The notes: generated by a model not told the origin, from the letters alone. Positions 40,237 through 50,879 are shown, numbered from the stretch's first letter. The stretch is DNA of 64,000 bases from an uncultured Verrucomicrobiales bacterium (GCA_964622095.1 CAZUPP010000007.1:16823-80822), one strand, 5' to 3'. Numbers and translations are program-made.

Positions 40237-41178
40237 ATGCAAAACCGTCCGCAACCCAGAATCACCACGGCGATCATCGGGATCACGATCGGGGTCTTTC
40301 TGGTCCAGTTTTTCGTGCTGGGGCTTCCTATGCCAGAAGTCCTGAGCGACCCAGGGAAAGCCTTCACGCAACGCTTCTACGGTATCTTGATGTTGAACGC
40401 GGGCTTCTTTGAAGGCTTTTTCTGGCAGCCGGTGACCCACATGTTCCTGCACGCGAACATTCTCCATCTGCTCATGAACATGGTCGGGCTCTTCATTTTT
40501 GGCCCTCACACGGAAGAGCGGATTGGAAAGACTCGGACCGTTCTTGTCTATTTTCTGGGTGGTATTCTAGGGGGACTTGCTCAAATCATTCTTGCTCCCG
40601 CTCATGGTCTCCTGGGGGCCTCCGGCGGAGTCTTTGCCGTGGCGCTGGCCTTTCTGGCCTGTCAGCCGGACCGGCGCCTGGATATCCTTATCTTTTTCAT
40701 TCAACCCGCCCGGATTAAGGCCCGCACTCTTGCATTTGCCTTTCTTGGCAGTTCCGCGTTTCTTGCCGTGACCGGTATCTTTGCTGGCATTGGTCATGTC
40801 GCTCACCTTGTGGGAGGACTGACCGGCTGGTTGTTTGTTCGTCAATTGATGGTGCGGAAAGCGCGCCATTTCTACGAACACCACCGAGGGCGCGCTCTTG
40901 GAGGATATCAGCCTCAGGCAAAGGGAAAAATCATTGAGATCACCCCAATGCACGATACACGCTCTGAGGGAGAGGCTCGAATGGTCAATGGCCATGCCTC
41001 AAATGGAACTCAGACTGCGGTGGCCAGACAGCCGCGCTCGGAAGGCAATGGACGCACCGCAGGCAAGAGAGACGCTGAACTGGAGGCGGTCCTCAATAAA
41101 GTGCTGGCCCACGGTCTGCAGAGCTTAACCCCTGACGAACGCGCGATACTGGAGCGTAACGCTTCCAGAACCCTCTGA
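40237..41178 (+). CDS. Rhomboid family intramembrane serine protease with C-terminal soluble tail
   Basis: WQ.VTHMFLH...HLLMNM, GASGG, AHLVGG; C-terminal VLNKV..HGLQSLT.DER..L. Confidence 0.92.
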   Translation: MQNRPQPRITTAIIGITIGVFLVQFFVLGLPMPEVLSDPGKAFTQRFYGILMLNAGFFEGFFWQPVTHMFLHANILHLLMNMVGLFIFGPHTEERIGKTRTVLVYFLGGILGGLAQIILAPAHGLLGASGGVFAVALAFLACQPDRRLDILIFFIQPARIKARTLAFAFLGSSAFLAVTGIFAGIGHVAHLVGGLTGWLFVRQLMVRKARHFYEHHRGRALGGYQPQAKGKIIEITPMHDTRSEGEARMVNGHASNGTQTAVARQPRSEGNGRTAGKRDAELEAVLNKVLAHGLQSLTPDERAILERNASRTL

Positions 41179-41622
41179 GTGTGGATGAGGCGTAAAAGGT
41201 TCTGGCTCGCGCTGAGCCCAATCTACTTAAGCCTGCTGATCCTGGCGTCTTGGGTTGGTATTAAAGTCGCCCATTGGCAGGTCCCTCCCGGATCGGTGGA
41301 GAATGAGCTCCGTCCCTGGCCGGTGGGAACTCAATTCGAAGGAAGCGATTTGAAAAGCGCGGCCCCGGTGAGTGTTCGTGATCGACAGATATTCTTTGCC
41401 GAGGACCCCTATGCCTTGCGGGATGCCCACTTTATCCGCGCGGTCGGCGGAGACCTTCAGCCGTTCTTTGAAAGGAAAGGGGTGCAGATCTTTGAGGACA
41501 GAGATGCGGTCATTGAGCTGATCGGCTATGATGCCGATCTGGTGCGTATCGCCCTCCAGAAGTCCGGAGGCGGGCCGAGGATTGAAGGCTACATCCTTGT
41601 TGAAACGCTTCCAACACGCTGA
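41179..41622 (+). CDS. Membrane-anchored hypothetical protein
   Basis: Abuts the rhomboid stop codon; N-terminal TM segment. Confidence 0.65.
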   Translation: MWMRRKRFWLALSPIYLSLLILASWVGIKVAHWQVPPGSVENELRPWPVGTQFEGSDLKSAAPVSVRDRQIFFAEDPYALRDAHFIRAVGGDLQPFFERKGVQIFEDRDAVIELIGYDADLVRIALQKSGGGPRIEGYILVETLPTR

Positions 41623-41765
41623 TCCTCATCGGCTAACGCCGGTGACAATTTCCTTACAAAAGGAAAGTGAATGCCAGCAGGTGAAGGGCGTCAGTATACA
41701 GAACCGCGCGACATTCTGGTGACAAAGTTGCGGTTAAAGAAACCCTGAACCCTCCGCAGACGATT

Positions 41766-42080
41766 ATGGACATGATGACGACCAGAAGTGAGTTGATCCT
41801 TGATCTCGACGGAGTGGCGACCCGGGGTGAATTCCACGAGCGAGTGGCTAGCGTTTTGCTCTTTCCAAGGGACTATGAGCATAATCTGGACGCCTTCTGG
41901 TATTGCCTGACGGAGATTCTTTCTCCGGTCCATGTTGTTATTCGCGGTCACTATGATCTGCCGGAATGTCTTCGCAACTATGTCTCGCGATACATGGATG
42001 TCCTGCTTGAGCACCAGGCGGAGACGGGCGGGAGCTTTTCCGTGAAGATAGAAAGCCCTGTTCTTGCGCTTGCGAGTTGA
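41766..42080 (+). CDS. Barstar family protein
   Basis: LDL......EFH......L.FP.DY.HNLDAFW.CLT matches the barstar NLDALWD motif. Confidence 0.85.
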   Translation: MDMMTTRSELILDLDGVATRGEFHERVASVLLFPRDYEHNLDAFWYCLTEILSPVHVVIRGHYDLPECLRNYVSRYMDVLLEHQAETGGSFSVKIESPVLALAS

Positions 42081-42209
42081 CGAATCAGAAGATCGACCAC
42101 CAGATATAGGTGCTCATTTGCTTGGGGCAGGTTAAAAAAACACTGCATATTGTGGCCTCAGCGATTGACGGTTGCAGCTCTCCATTTTTGGCGCGATGCT
42201 GAACCTGCG

Positions 42210-45200
42210 TTGAAAGGTATTTTTGTCCATAGTTCAAACCGTCTTGAGAACCTGGCGGACCTTCTTGCCAAACAGCTGGCTGAGGCGCCAAGGGCGCCAC
42301 TTGAGCCCTTACGGGTGATTGTCCAGAGCCAGGGGATGGGACGGTGGCTGCAAATGCGGCTGGCCGACCGGATGGGTATCTGTGCCGCCGTCGAGTTCCC
42401 CTTCCCGCGGCGGTTTATCGAGGAGAAGCTCTACGGAGCAAGGCGTTTGACCAGCCCGATTAACGATCCGGAAGTGCTGAGCTGGCGGCTGATGAAATTA
42501 CTTTTAGGGATTGCCAGAGAATTACGAGGCGATGAGCAACACTCTGAAATTCGACGTGCTCTTGCCGGGTTTTTTGACGGAGGGAGTGGAAATGCCTGTG
42601 GCGATGTTGCTCAGCTCAAACTTTATCGGTTTGCCCGGGCGCTGGCGGCGGCATTTGATGAATACCTCATTTACCGTCCCGAGCTGATTTTGCGGTGGGA
42701 GGAAACAGGTGAAGCGACTGCAACTCGAGCCAAGCACAGCCTGGAAGATTGGCAGCGCTTAATTTGGACGGAGATCACGGATGCCGGGGGTGAGGGCCAC
42801 TTTGCGCAGTGTCTTCGGGAACTATGGTCCTCGCCGGGCTTAGCGAATTTAGATAATTACTCGGCGATCCATGTTTTTGGCGTGGCCACACTTCCACCGG
42901 CTTATCTAAGGATTTTCGAAAAGCTGTCACAACGGCAGGAGGTCCATTTTTTTCAGTTTCAGCCGAGCCAGCAATACTGGGGAGATTTATTATCACGGCG
43001 CGAAGTTCGGCAGATGGAAAGAAAGCACCTGACTGACTTTACCAACCTATTTTCTGGAGGCGAGGATGCCGGCTACCCCGATGCATCCCCGTCTGCCGGT
43101 CATCCTCTGCTGGCATCGTGGGGACAGCTCGGCCGAAATCACCTTGAGGAACTTTTTGAGCTGCCAGTGGCTGGCGGAGAGGAGCATTTTGAGTCCCCTG
43201 GGCAAAACGGGGAGAGCGCTCTGACCCTTCATCGGCTGCAGCAGGAAGTACTGGAGCTGGATAGTTCATCCGCCGAAACCTCCCGGGAGTATCCCGCCGA
43301 TGGCTCTCTGCAGATTCACTGTTGCCACAACCGGCTTCGGGAAATGGAAGTTTTGCGGGATTTTCTTCTAGGTCTCTTTTCGCAAGAGGAACTCAGGCTG
43401 CAACCACGCGACATTGTTGTCATGGCGCCGGAAATCGAAAATTACGTACCCTACATTCGAGCGGTCTTTGATGCGGCGGAAACGAAGGCGCAGGAGATTC
43501 CATACACCATTGCAGACCGGCACCCCTTAGGTCAGTGCGGCCCGGTCCAGGTACTGCGTCAGCTGATGGATTTACCGGAGAACCGCCTTGCGGCCACGGA
43601 GCTGCTGGACATCCTCAGCCATCCCGTCGTCCTCTCCGGCCTGCATCTGGACGATGCCCAGACGGAGCAATTTCTGAGAGTGCTGGCATCGGCACGTCCA
43701 CGCTGGGGAGAAAATGGGGCGCACCGTGCGGACCTCGGCTTACCGGGCACAGAACAGCATTCCTGGCGCCACGCGCTGGACCGTCTGCACCTTGCCTTCG
43801 CCGCGGGGGGAATGGACCGGCTGATCGCGGAGAATCCGGAGGATGAGAGCAACTGGGATGACGGTCAGGCAACCTCTTTTGAGGGAGTCGCACCAAGCGC
43901 CGGGCTGCCTTCAGACTTATGGCAAGGCGCTGGGCGATTTGAAGAGCTGATGGCTTCGATTTTCGCGTTGCGTAAATCATTTTCTGAAGAAAGACCAGTC
44001 GAAGACTGGGTCCATCTTCTTCAGGATTTTGCAGAGCGCCATCTGAACCCATCTGATTGCTCACCTTCGGATCAAATAAGGCTCCGGGAGGCTCTGAACG
44101 GCTTGCGATCAGCGGCAGACAAGGCGGGCTTTGGCGCGCCTGTCTCTCTTCAAGTCATTCGAGATGCGTTCGATGCTCAGCTGGAGGGCTTTGAGCATCC
44201 TCACGGATTACTCGGAGGCGGGATCACATTTTGCGCACTGAAACCCATGCGAAGCATCCCTTTTCAGGTGGTCTGGATTGCAGGGTTGGACCAGGAAGCC
44301 TTCCCAAGACGCTGTCACAGACCTGGGTTTGATCTCATGGCGGTGTCACCTCGCCGGGGCGACCGGGATGTGCGGCAAGATGACCGTTATCTATTCCTGG
44401 AGTCTTTGCTTTCGGCGAGACAGGCTTTTTGTCTAAGTTATTCAGGGAAGGATTCCTCGACCGGGTCGGAGCGGCCTCCGTCCATGCTGGTCAGTGAATT
44501 GCTGGATTATTTGGGCGAATCCTCGGCGGAATTTGTTCGGGATCACCGTTTGCACGCGTTTCACCCGCGGTATTTTGCAACCGGCAAAGATGCGGTTGAG
44601 CCAGAGCCAACGAGTTTCTCAAAATTAAATCTGGAGGTCGCCCGATCTCGAGACGCCTCTAAGAGAACGGTGTGGTTGCCCTTTGTTCCAGGCAAGCTGG
44701 CGGCGCGAGACTTTGCCGAGCGGCCAGAGGAGGTTGCGCTGGATGAGTTACGGGAATTTCTCCTTAACCCAGCGAGGGCGTTGCTGCGGAAGCGGCTGCG
44801 GATTTCTTTAGAGAATCTGGAGGAAGATTTCAGTGATCGTGAGCCGTTCGAAATCGCTCCGCTTGATAAGTATGCCATTCGCTGGCGACTGGTGCAGGCC
44901 GGTCTGAGTGGACATGGGCTTGAGGGGGTTTACGCATGGGCGGCAGCCTGCGGACTTCTTCCCCATGGCGAAGCGGGCCGATCCGCTTTGGCCGCAATGC
45001 ATCGGCAAACACAGAATTTTATCGAGAACGTCCGCCTAGAGAAAGCTGCGCGTGTTCCATTGCCGTCACGGCCATTCAGTCTTACGACCGGCGACATCAG
45101 AATAAACGGCACAGTGAATCATTTAACGGAGCAGGGAATTTTTCGCTATCGACCCTCCCAAGCGAAAGCACGTGACCGGGTGGGTGCGTGGCTGCACCAT

Positions 45201-45668
45201 CTGGCGCTTTGCCAGATTCCAGTCGATGAAACTCACGAGGTGAAGCGGGCATCACTGATCCTGCTGGAGGGAAGGGGAAATGGCCGCGCCAAAGTCGAGC
45301 GCATGGTCTGGCCGGAGCTGTCTGCCGCGGAAGCGGCATCATTTCTGCGGGACCTTCTGGGACTTTATCGGGAGGGCTGGGAGCGGCCTCTCCCACTTTT
45401 CCCAGAGAGTTCATGGGCTTTTGCGGAGGCGCGTCATGCCGAGAAGCAGATGGAAGATCAGGAGCAGTCACGAAAGCGGCGATCCCCGTATCAGGTCGCC
45501 GCGGACAAGTGGTACGGGACGGGCTACTTTCAGCCGAACGCACCCGCTCCTGAGGTGGAGGATCCGTATTTGCAGCATTGTTTCGGCCGCCAGCCTGATT
45601 TTAAAGGTGAGTTCGAGGAGCTGGCCATGCGTGTCTATGAGCCGATGCTACGCTTCAGAGCGAATTAA
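42210..45668 (+). CDS. recC: Exodeoxyribonuclease V gamma subunit
   Basis: SNRLE.L, VQSQGM.RWL, HPLLASWG..GR, CH...RE.EVL, PRDIVVM.P, LKPMRSIPF, DDRYLFLE. TTG start at 42210 is assumed. Confidence 0.95.
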   Translation: MKGIFVHSSNRLENLADLLAKQLAEAPRAPLEPLRVIVQSQGMGRWLQMRLADRMGICAAVEFPFPRRFIEEKLYGARRLTSPINDPEVLSWRLMKLLLGIARELRGDEQHSEIRRALAGFFDGGSGNACGDVAQLKLYRFARALAAAFDEYLIYRPELILRWEETGEATATRAKHSLEDWQRLIWTEITDAGGEGHFAQCLRELWSSPGLANLDNYSAIHVFGVATLPPAYLRIFEKLSQRQEVHFFQFQPSQQYWGDLLSRREVRQMERKHLTDFTNLFSGGEDAGYPDASPSAGHPLLASWGQLGRNHLEELFELPVAGGEEHFESPGQNGESALTLHRLQQEVLELDSSSAETSREYPADGSLQIHCCHNRLREMEVLRDFLLGLFSQEELRLQPRDIVVMAPEIENYVPYIRAVFDAAETKAQEIPYTIADRHPLGQCGPVQVLRQLMDLPENRLAATELLDILSHPVVLSGLHLDDAQTEQFLRVLASARPRWGENGAHRADLGLPGTEQHSWRHALDRLHLAFAAGGMDRLIAENPEDESNWDDGQATSFEGVAPSAGLPSDLWQGAGRFEELMASIFALRKSFSEERPVEDWVHLLQDFAERHLNPSDCSPSDQIRLREALNGLRSAADKAGFGAPVSLQVIRDAFDAQLEGFEHPHGLLGGGITFCALKPMRSIPFQVVWIAGLDQEAFPRRCHRPGFDLMAVSPRRGDRDVRQDDRYLFLESLLSARQAFCLSYSGKDSSTGSERPPSMLVSELLDYLGESSAEFVRDHRLHAFHPRYFATGKDAVEPEPTSFSKLNLEVARSRDASKRTVWLPFVPGKLAARDFAERPEEVALDELREFLLNPARALLRKRLRISLENLEEDFSDREPFEIAPLDKYAIRWRLVQAGLSGHGLEGVYAWAAACGLLPHGEAGRSALAAMHRQTQNFIENVRLEKAARVPLPSRPFSLTTGDIRINGTVNHLTEQGIFRYRPSQAKARDRVGAWLHHLALCQIPVDETHEVKRASLILLEGRGNGRAKVERMVWPELSAAEAASFLRDLLGLYREGWERPLPLFPESSWAFAEARHAEKQMEDQEQSRKRRSPYQVAADKWYGTGYFQPNAPAPEVEDPYLQHCFGRQPDFKGEFEELAMRVYEPMLRFRAN

Positions 45669-46516
45669 GCGGCTGGCTTCATCCATCCCGTTGTCCACTT
45701 GCCGATCGACCGGAACTGCTGAGTTTCCAGACCGCACTCGTGGGCCCCTGCTTGGATCTCTGGCCAATAGGGAGTCAGGATCCCGGACAATATAATGTGG
45801 CCATTTCTTCGAACGGCCTTCACGAGTTTTTCCATGTATTCGAGAAGCACGTCGCCGTAAACATTTGCAGTCAGAACGTCTGCTTCGCCGGGTGAAGGGT
45901 TCCAGTCGGCAAGATCCATCTGCGTAAATCGTGGGATTCGAGCCTCATTTAAAACCGCGTTCCCCTCAGCGATACGCACTGCGTCGGGCAATAAATCAAA
46001 TCCATGAATCTGCGAGGCGCCGAGTTTTTCCGCCGCGATGCTCAGGATACCCGTTCCGCAGCCCACATCCAGATGACTCCAGCCTGCAGACATCTGCCGG
46101 GAGACATCTGCCAAAAATCGAAGGCAAGTCAGTGTGGTGGCATGTTCTCCGGTCCCAAAAGCCATGCCAAGTGGAATGATAATCAGTTCACGATTTGGAT
46201 GTTTTTCGCGAGCACGCCCGAGGGCAGCTTCACTGTTCACGACCAGTAACCGGTCGCGAACCTTCAAAGGCTCCTGATCGTCTGGAGCGGCCTTGAACCA
46301 CGCGTCATCTGCAAGGGGCTTAATCGTACCACCAAATTGTTTCTGCAGGCTCTCCGCTTCTTCTTGTTCGAGATCATAGATTTCCAACCTGAGGGTTTTT
46401 TCCGCAGACGGAATCTTTACCACCGCGAGCCGCTCGTCCCCGAACGCCGACAAGCGGTTGAGCCAGAATTCTTCCCGATGTGCCCCTATGCGCTTTTGCC
46501 AGACGAGCATTGGCAA
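45665..46516 (-). CDS. prmA: Ribosomal protein L11 methyltransferase
   Basis: GMAFGTGEHATT, LDVGCGTGILSI, ILSGIL. Confidence 0.92.
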   Translation of the reverse strand: MPMLVWQKRIGAHREEFWLNRLSAFGDERLAVVKIPSAEKTLRLEIYDLEQEEAESLQKQFGGTIKPLADDAWFKAAPDDQEPLKVRDRLLVVNSEAALGRAREKHPNRELIIIPLGMAFGTGEHATTLTCLRFLADVSRQMSAGWSHLDVGCGTGILSIAAEKLGASQIHGFDLLPDAVRIAEGNAVLNEARIPRFTQMDLADWNPSPGEADVLTANVYGDVLLEYMEKLVKAVRRNGHIILSGILTPYWPEIQAGAHECGLETQQFRSIGKWTTGWMKPAA

Positions 46517-46524
46517 TTCATTGA

Positions 46525-47229
46525 TCAGTCATGAAAGCCTCCTTCGGCGGTGGCCTGAAGAAGGTCCTGAGCTTCCTGTTTTGTGCGCGTTTGCCAGCCG
46601 GACCATGGCCGATTCATGTCTGCGATGATTTGATCAAAAGAGTCAGCGGGACAGGTCATCACATATCGAATCTGATAGGGCTTGTTCGCGATATTAATGA
46701 AACCCATGGCGCGAACCATTTCCAGGCCGTTCTGCGTGAAGGTAATTCGCATGCTTTCGCTTGTATAATTTATAAAGGTGATGAAACGGCCCATTCTGAT
46801 GATTTTCCCTTTGTTTTCCGCTTCCCTGGGCAGGGACTGAACAAGAATCCTGGCGTAATATTTAAGATTCTCTTCGCCCTGGAAGTCAGGAAACGCTTCG
46901 CCAGCTTCTGGATAAACTTTGCGCAGAACCACGTCTGCCCTTTCAATTCCAGGGTAGAGGGTAATTTCCCCTTCTGAGCCGCCCTGGTGGTTCCAGCCAT
47001 CCGGCATCCGAAAAACGTAAAAGAGGTTTCCACCCGCAGGAAAATGCAGGTCGAAGTTTTCCCCAATGGTCGTTTTCCACCGAAAATCCTGCGCTTGGAA
47101 ACTGATATCAGCTTCTTCCTGATCTTGCCCTGGTGTCTGACTGATTACGGCGGCAGAAAGCACGACCAAGGCGAGGAAGTTGATCAGGATGAAAAGGAAA
47201 ATCTGTGGGAGCGTAAAAGCGTATTTCAT
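46525..47229 (-). CDS. Exported or membrane hypothetical protein
   Basis: N-terminal hydrophobic segment; 234 aa ORF. Confidence 0.7.
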   Translation of the reverse strand: MKYAFTLPQIFLFILINFLALVVLSAAVISQTPGQDQEEADISFQAQDFRWKTTIGENFDLHFPAGGNLFYVFRMPDGWNHQGGSEGEITLYPGIERADVVLRKVYPEAGEAFPDFQGEENLKYYARILVQSLPREAENKGKIIRMGRFITFINYTSESMRITFTQNGLEMVRAMGFINIANKPYQIRYVMTCPADSFDQIIADMNRPWSGWQTRTKQEAQDLLQATAEGGFHD

Positions 47230-47267
47230 AGACGCTTGTGACAATAAATATTCATGGATTGCGTGTC

Positions 47268-47310
47268 AAAAAACAAAAACCTGATCACCTCTAAAAAGGC
47301 GATCAGGTTT
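47268..47310 (-). terminator. Intrinsic terminator after the minor-pilin cluster
   Basis: Minus strand AAACCTGATCGCCT-TTTTAG-AGGTGATCAGGTTT followed by TTGTTTTTT. Confidence 0.85.
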
Positions 47311-47340
47311 CTGATCAGAATTTGCACGGTTGGGATGACC

Positions 47341-49626
47341 CTATTCCGGTTCGCTCTGCGCGTTAAGGGCGGCCAAGGGAACTGGGGGCTCGGCGCTTAT
47401 CCAGTAGCGGCCCCTGGTGTATTCAATCGCGTCGAGAGATCCGGGAGGAGGATTGCGGATGAAAGACTGCTGGAAGCCCCAATGGCGGTTTGGCGGATCG
47501 TAAGCCGGACAGCAATCATAGGCCGCTCTGATATAGTCGCTTTGCCAAAGCTGGATGAAAGCTCCGCGAATAGTCGCTTCCTTATTTTTCCACGATTCAA
47601 GGAATCGCGGAAAATTATGCAGCCCTCCCGTGTCAGTTTCAAATTCATTGGTGAAACGGTCACCCATCACCATCGCGAGGTTGAAGGTGGTATTAGAAGC
47701 TTTGCGATTGCTGGTAGAATTTGAAGAGTTGTCGTCCTCCCAGTTGTTGGAGAGCAAACGAATGGTGTCCGCAATCAGGGCAGACGGATGATCTTCCGGA
47801 CGGTAGTCCAGGCTTTTGTCGTAGGGCACGTCACCGTCTTCTGGAAATTTAGTCGTTTTTCTGTTGGTATCAACAGAACTACCCTGACTGCCGGTATTAT
47901 AGTCACCTTGGACATATGCCAGAAGATCCGTTGCGACAGTCAATCCGCCTTCGGGTAACTGTGCCCCATTAAAGAGTCTAAGACCTTTATTGACGGTATT
48001 GTTCGCTGGATCGCTGGAGGGATCAGTGATGTAAAGAACAGGGCCATCTCCGCCTTTGGGAGGGGTGACGGTTTCACCATTTTGTTTGTAGACGACATCT
48101 CCAGAAGCCCAAGAGTCCATAATCTCTTTCAGAACCTCCATGTCTACATCAATGACGTCCATCGTGCCGCTGTTCGGGTTACCTTGCATTTCCATCCATT
48201 GATCATAAAGGGCCTCACTATTCAAACTGATGGCACCCTCATCAGCAGTTCCGTCAGGCCCGTCGGTGTCAATGAGTGCTTTGGCTAATTCCGTCACGTC
48301 ATGCACCCCAGACCCAGGCACACCCCCATCATAAGAGGTAGCCGGGACCTCCTCTTTATTTGATATCGCGTCAATCGCAGCCTGCTTTTGAGCGTTGCTT
48401 GAACCCGGGGGAACGCTAGGAATTGCAAGATTGAGGTCCTTCCAGTAGATATTCACGTTTCCTTCCAGGACTATTTCTACATCGCCGCTCACTGGATTGG
48501 TTTGGATCGCATTCTCGCTGTCGATTTCGATGACTAGATTCGCCTGATTGTAAAAGCGCTTTTGAGCAATGAAAAGTGAATCGTTACTGTTCGGGTCAGG
48601 TTTCTCAATGATTTCCCGATAGCCACCGTTTACATTCGGATCAGACGATTCCTGCCAGTCAATCACGCCGTTATTATCATTATCCTCCCAAAATTGTTTG
48701 TAGTCAGAATCATTTGGATCAAAAAGACGCAGCTCTTCCTGCAACTGGATATGACCGTAGTCATCGTCGAACCTGACATCTCCGCCCTGACTTAGGCCGA
48801 ACAATCCATCCACCTGTTCATCTTCAAAGAAACCACGAATCTCATCTTCATTACCAGCGTCAATCATCGCCTCAAGACCGTCCCGGATGACGTCGTCAGA
48901 AAGAGCATCACCGTTACCGTCAACTTTGGGAGGGTTGTTGACCGGGGTCGAGACGTTCGCCCCAAGGACGGTCTCGTTGACGGCCATGGCGATAATCTTT
49001 TTGTTGCTGTGTAGCCGTCCATCCAGATACATCGGCGGGCCGGCATGGAGTGTGAGGGTGTGATCGAAAAAGGCCAAATACTGGAAGAGCGGAATGTCAC
49101 TTCTGGAGAAGACTCGATTGACGGTCATGTCCATTTCGGGACCAAGGAATGCGCTGTCCGACGAAGCCGTTGCGGAAGCGAGGTAAGTCACAGAGCGCTT
49201 GTAGATCCGGCGGCTTGTATCGAATCGGCTTAGAGCCAGACCGATCTCATCGGCTTCAATGATCCGCCCAACACCATCAACCCGGTAAATATTGACGTTT
49301 TCCGGCTCAAGCTTGACCACGTCGTTGAGATCCCAATCTGGAGCTTTGGCTTTATCGTCCCAATCTTCCGTCAGGTCGTCTTGGGTGGGAAGAGAAGAGC
49401 TGTCCTTTACGCGTTCCCGCCAGCGACCCCACGCGCGTTCAGCGCCTGCATCTGCCGTGGCAATCACTTCCAAGAGGGTTTCCTGGCGGTTTTCACTGAA
49501 AACGCTCGCTTTGGTCAGCTCATTGAGTGTCGCGATCCAAATACTGACAACCGCGATAACAATGAGGGCGATGATAAAGGCTGAACCTTTCCGGGAATGA
49601 TGATTACTGCGATGGTGAGGTTTCAT
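47341..49626 (-). CDS. Large PilX/GspK-like pilin protein (761 aa) with HpsA-like C-terminus
   Basis: RKG|SAFIIALIVI leader without Glu5, ADAGAERA, C-terminal GGLHNFPRFLESW...RGAFIQLW...YDPPNRHWGF...PPPG. Confidence 0.8.
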   Translation of the reverse strand: MKPHHRSNHHSRKGSAFIIALIVIAVVSIWIATLNELTKASVFSENRQETLLEVIATADAGAERAWGRWRERVKDSSSLPTQDDLTEDWDDKAKAPDWDLNDVVKLEPENVNIYRVDGVGRIIEADEIGLALSRFDTSRRIYKRSVTYLASATASSDSAFLGPEMDMTVNRVFSRSDIPLFQYLAFFDHTLTLHAGPPMYLDGRLHSNKKIIAMAVNETVLGANVSTPVNNPPKVDGNGDALSDDVIRDGLEAMIDAGNEDEIRGFFEDEQVDGLFGLSQGGDVRFDDDYGHIQLQEELRLFDPNDSDYKQFWEDNDNNGVIDWQESSDPNVNGGYREIIEKPDPNSNDSLFIAQKRFYNQANLVIEIDSENAIQTNPVSGDVEIVLEGNVNIYWKDLNLAIPSVPPGSSNAQKQAAIDAISNKEEVPATSYDGGVPGSGVHDVTELAKALIDTDGPDGTADEGAISLNSEALYDQWMEMQGNPNSGTMDVIDVDMEVLKEIMDSWASGDVVYKQNGETVTPPKGGDGPVLYITDPSSDPANNTVNKGLRLFNGAQLPEGGLTVATDLLAYVQGDYNTGSQGSSVDTNRKTTKFPEDGDVPYDKSLDYRPEDHPSALIADTIRLLSNNWEDDNSSNSTSNRKASNTTFNLAMVMGDRFTNEFETDTGGLHNFPRFLESWKNKEATIRGAFIQLWQSDYIRAAYDCCPAYDPPNRHWGFQQSFIRNPPPGSLDAIEYTRGRYWISAEPPVPLAALNAQSEPE

Positions 49627-49727
49627 GGGACATACTAAGTTGAAAAAAGGATATTTTTTGTAGCTGGGCGAAGCGGAAAATGGAGAACGAAGCCTTTAAA
49701 CCTTTTCTGGTGGGCAAGAAGGAAGAA

Positions 49728-50879
49728 TTAGAGCGAGTCACTTTTCAGCACCAGCCTCCGGTTATCGAGAGCGGAAGCGCGATAGAATTGAAACGTCACA
49801 TCGTCCTCGGTCGCCCGCCGGACATTCCTGTATTCCACCGATTCAACCGCGAGATTGATTCGAACATGATTTGAAGTGCCGACGCTTCGAAAAAAGGGTA
49901 AATAGCCGTCAATCTGCGCCGTATCACCGGTTGTAGGGGAACTGAGCCTAGGATGATTTGAGTCGACCACCAAAGCTGGTTGGGAGACATATTGCCGGGC
50001 ATCTTCAATGCGCTGCGTCAAAAGTTTGCGGTCTTCCCCTTCGATGTTCTGGTAGTCGTCAGGCAACTGTAATTCGATAGCAGAACCCACCTGACTGCTA
50101 GCGTTTGCTTCGCGCAAAGTTACTTCAAGATTCTCGAAACGAATAAGACCATCCCGCTCACTTCCCTGAAGGTTTTCTACAATGACAAACGCGTCATAGC
50201 GAAGAACGTAGACCGCGACAGGCTCTGTGATGTCGCGACTGTCATAAAGGGCGGGCGGCGGGTCTATATCGTCTCCTGCAGTCTCACCATCATAGCCTTC
50301 TGATGTCGTGATATCCCACTGCCCTGTTCCTTCTACTACACTGGCAATCGGCACCTCACTGCCGGCGTCCCAGAAGATTTTCAGATAGTGGCCTGGCAAA
50401 ATCTCCTGGTTTTCTGCGCTGACGATTACAGTGTCAGTAGTAAGTCCAGGTTCTTTCTCTGCAATCTCGACCTTGAAGAAGGTATCTCCGTCACCCTTAG
50501 TATCGGGTTGACCATCCTTGCCTAAAACCAAGGCGAGCGGTCCGGCCGTGACCACGCAATAGGCGAGAGCTTCAGATGGAGCGTCGCGCTGTCTATACAA
50601 TTTTTTAGTCCCAACATCAATCCGCATTGGCTCGGCGTATTGACTGGGAGTCTGAAAAAGGGCAAGGGAGAGTTCATCATAGATTTTTCGGATATCATGT
50701 CCGGTGGTGGTGAGGCTGCTCCCGTTAACAAACAACAGTTTGGTCGCCGCAAAGATCCCAAAGATAGCGGCAAGAGTAATCGTCAATACGGACACACTGA
50801 TCATCACTTCGATGACCGTGAATGCCGAACTTGGGCGTTGCGTTGATGAGAGGATGGTCATGTTCGGAGCAGATCGCAT
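49728..50879 (-). CDS. Prepilin-type N-terminal cleavage/methylation protein (PilW-like)
   Basis: SSA|FTVIEVMIS; its ATG overlaps the upstream TGA (TGATG). Confidence 0.85.
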   Translation of the reverse strand: MRSAPNMTILSSTQRPSSAFTVIEVMISVSVLTITLAAIFGIFAATKLLFVNGSSLTTTGHDIRKIYDELSLALFQTPSQYAEPMRIDVGTKKLYRQRDAPSEALAYCVVTAGPLALVLGKDGQPDTKGDGDTFFKVEIAEKEPGLTTDTVIVSAENQEILPGHYLKIFWDAGSEVPIASVVEGTGQWDITTSEGYDGETAGDDIDPPPALYDSRDITEPVAVYVLRYDAFVIVENLQGSERDGLIRFENLEVTLREANASSQVGSAIELQLPDDYQNIEGEDRKLLTQRIEDARQYVSQPALVVDSNHPRLSSPTTGDTAQIDGYLPFFRSVGTSNHVRINLAVESVEYRNVRRATEDDVTFQFYRASALDNRRLVLKSDSL

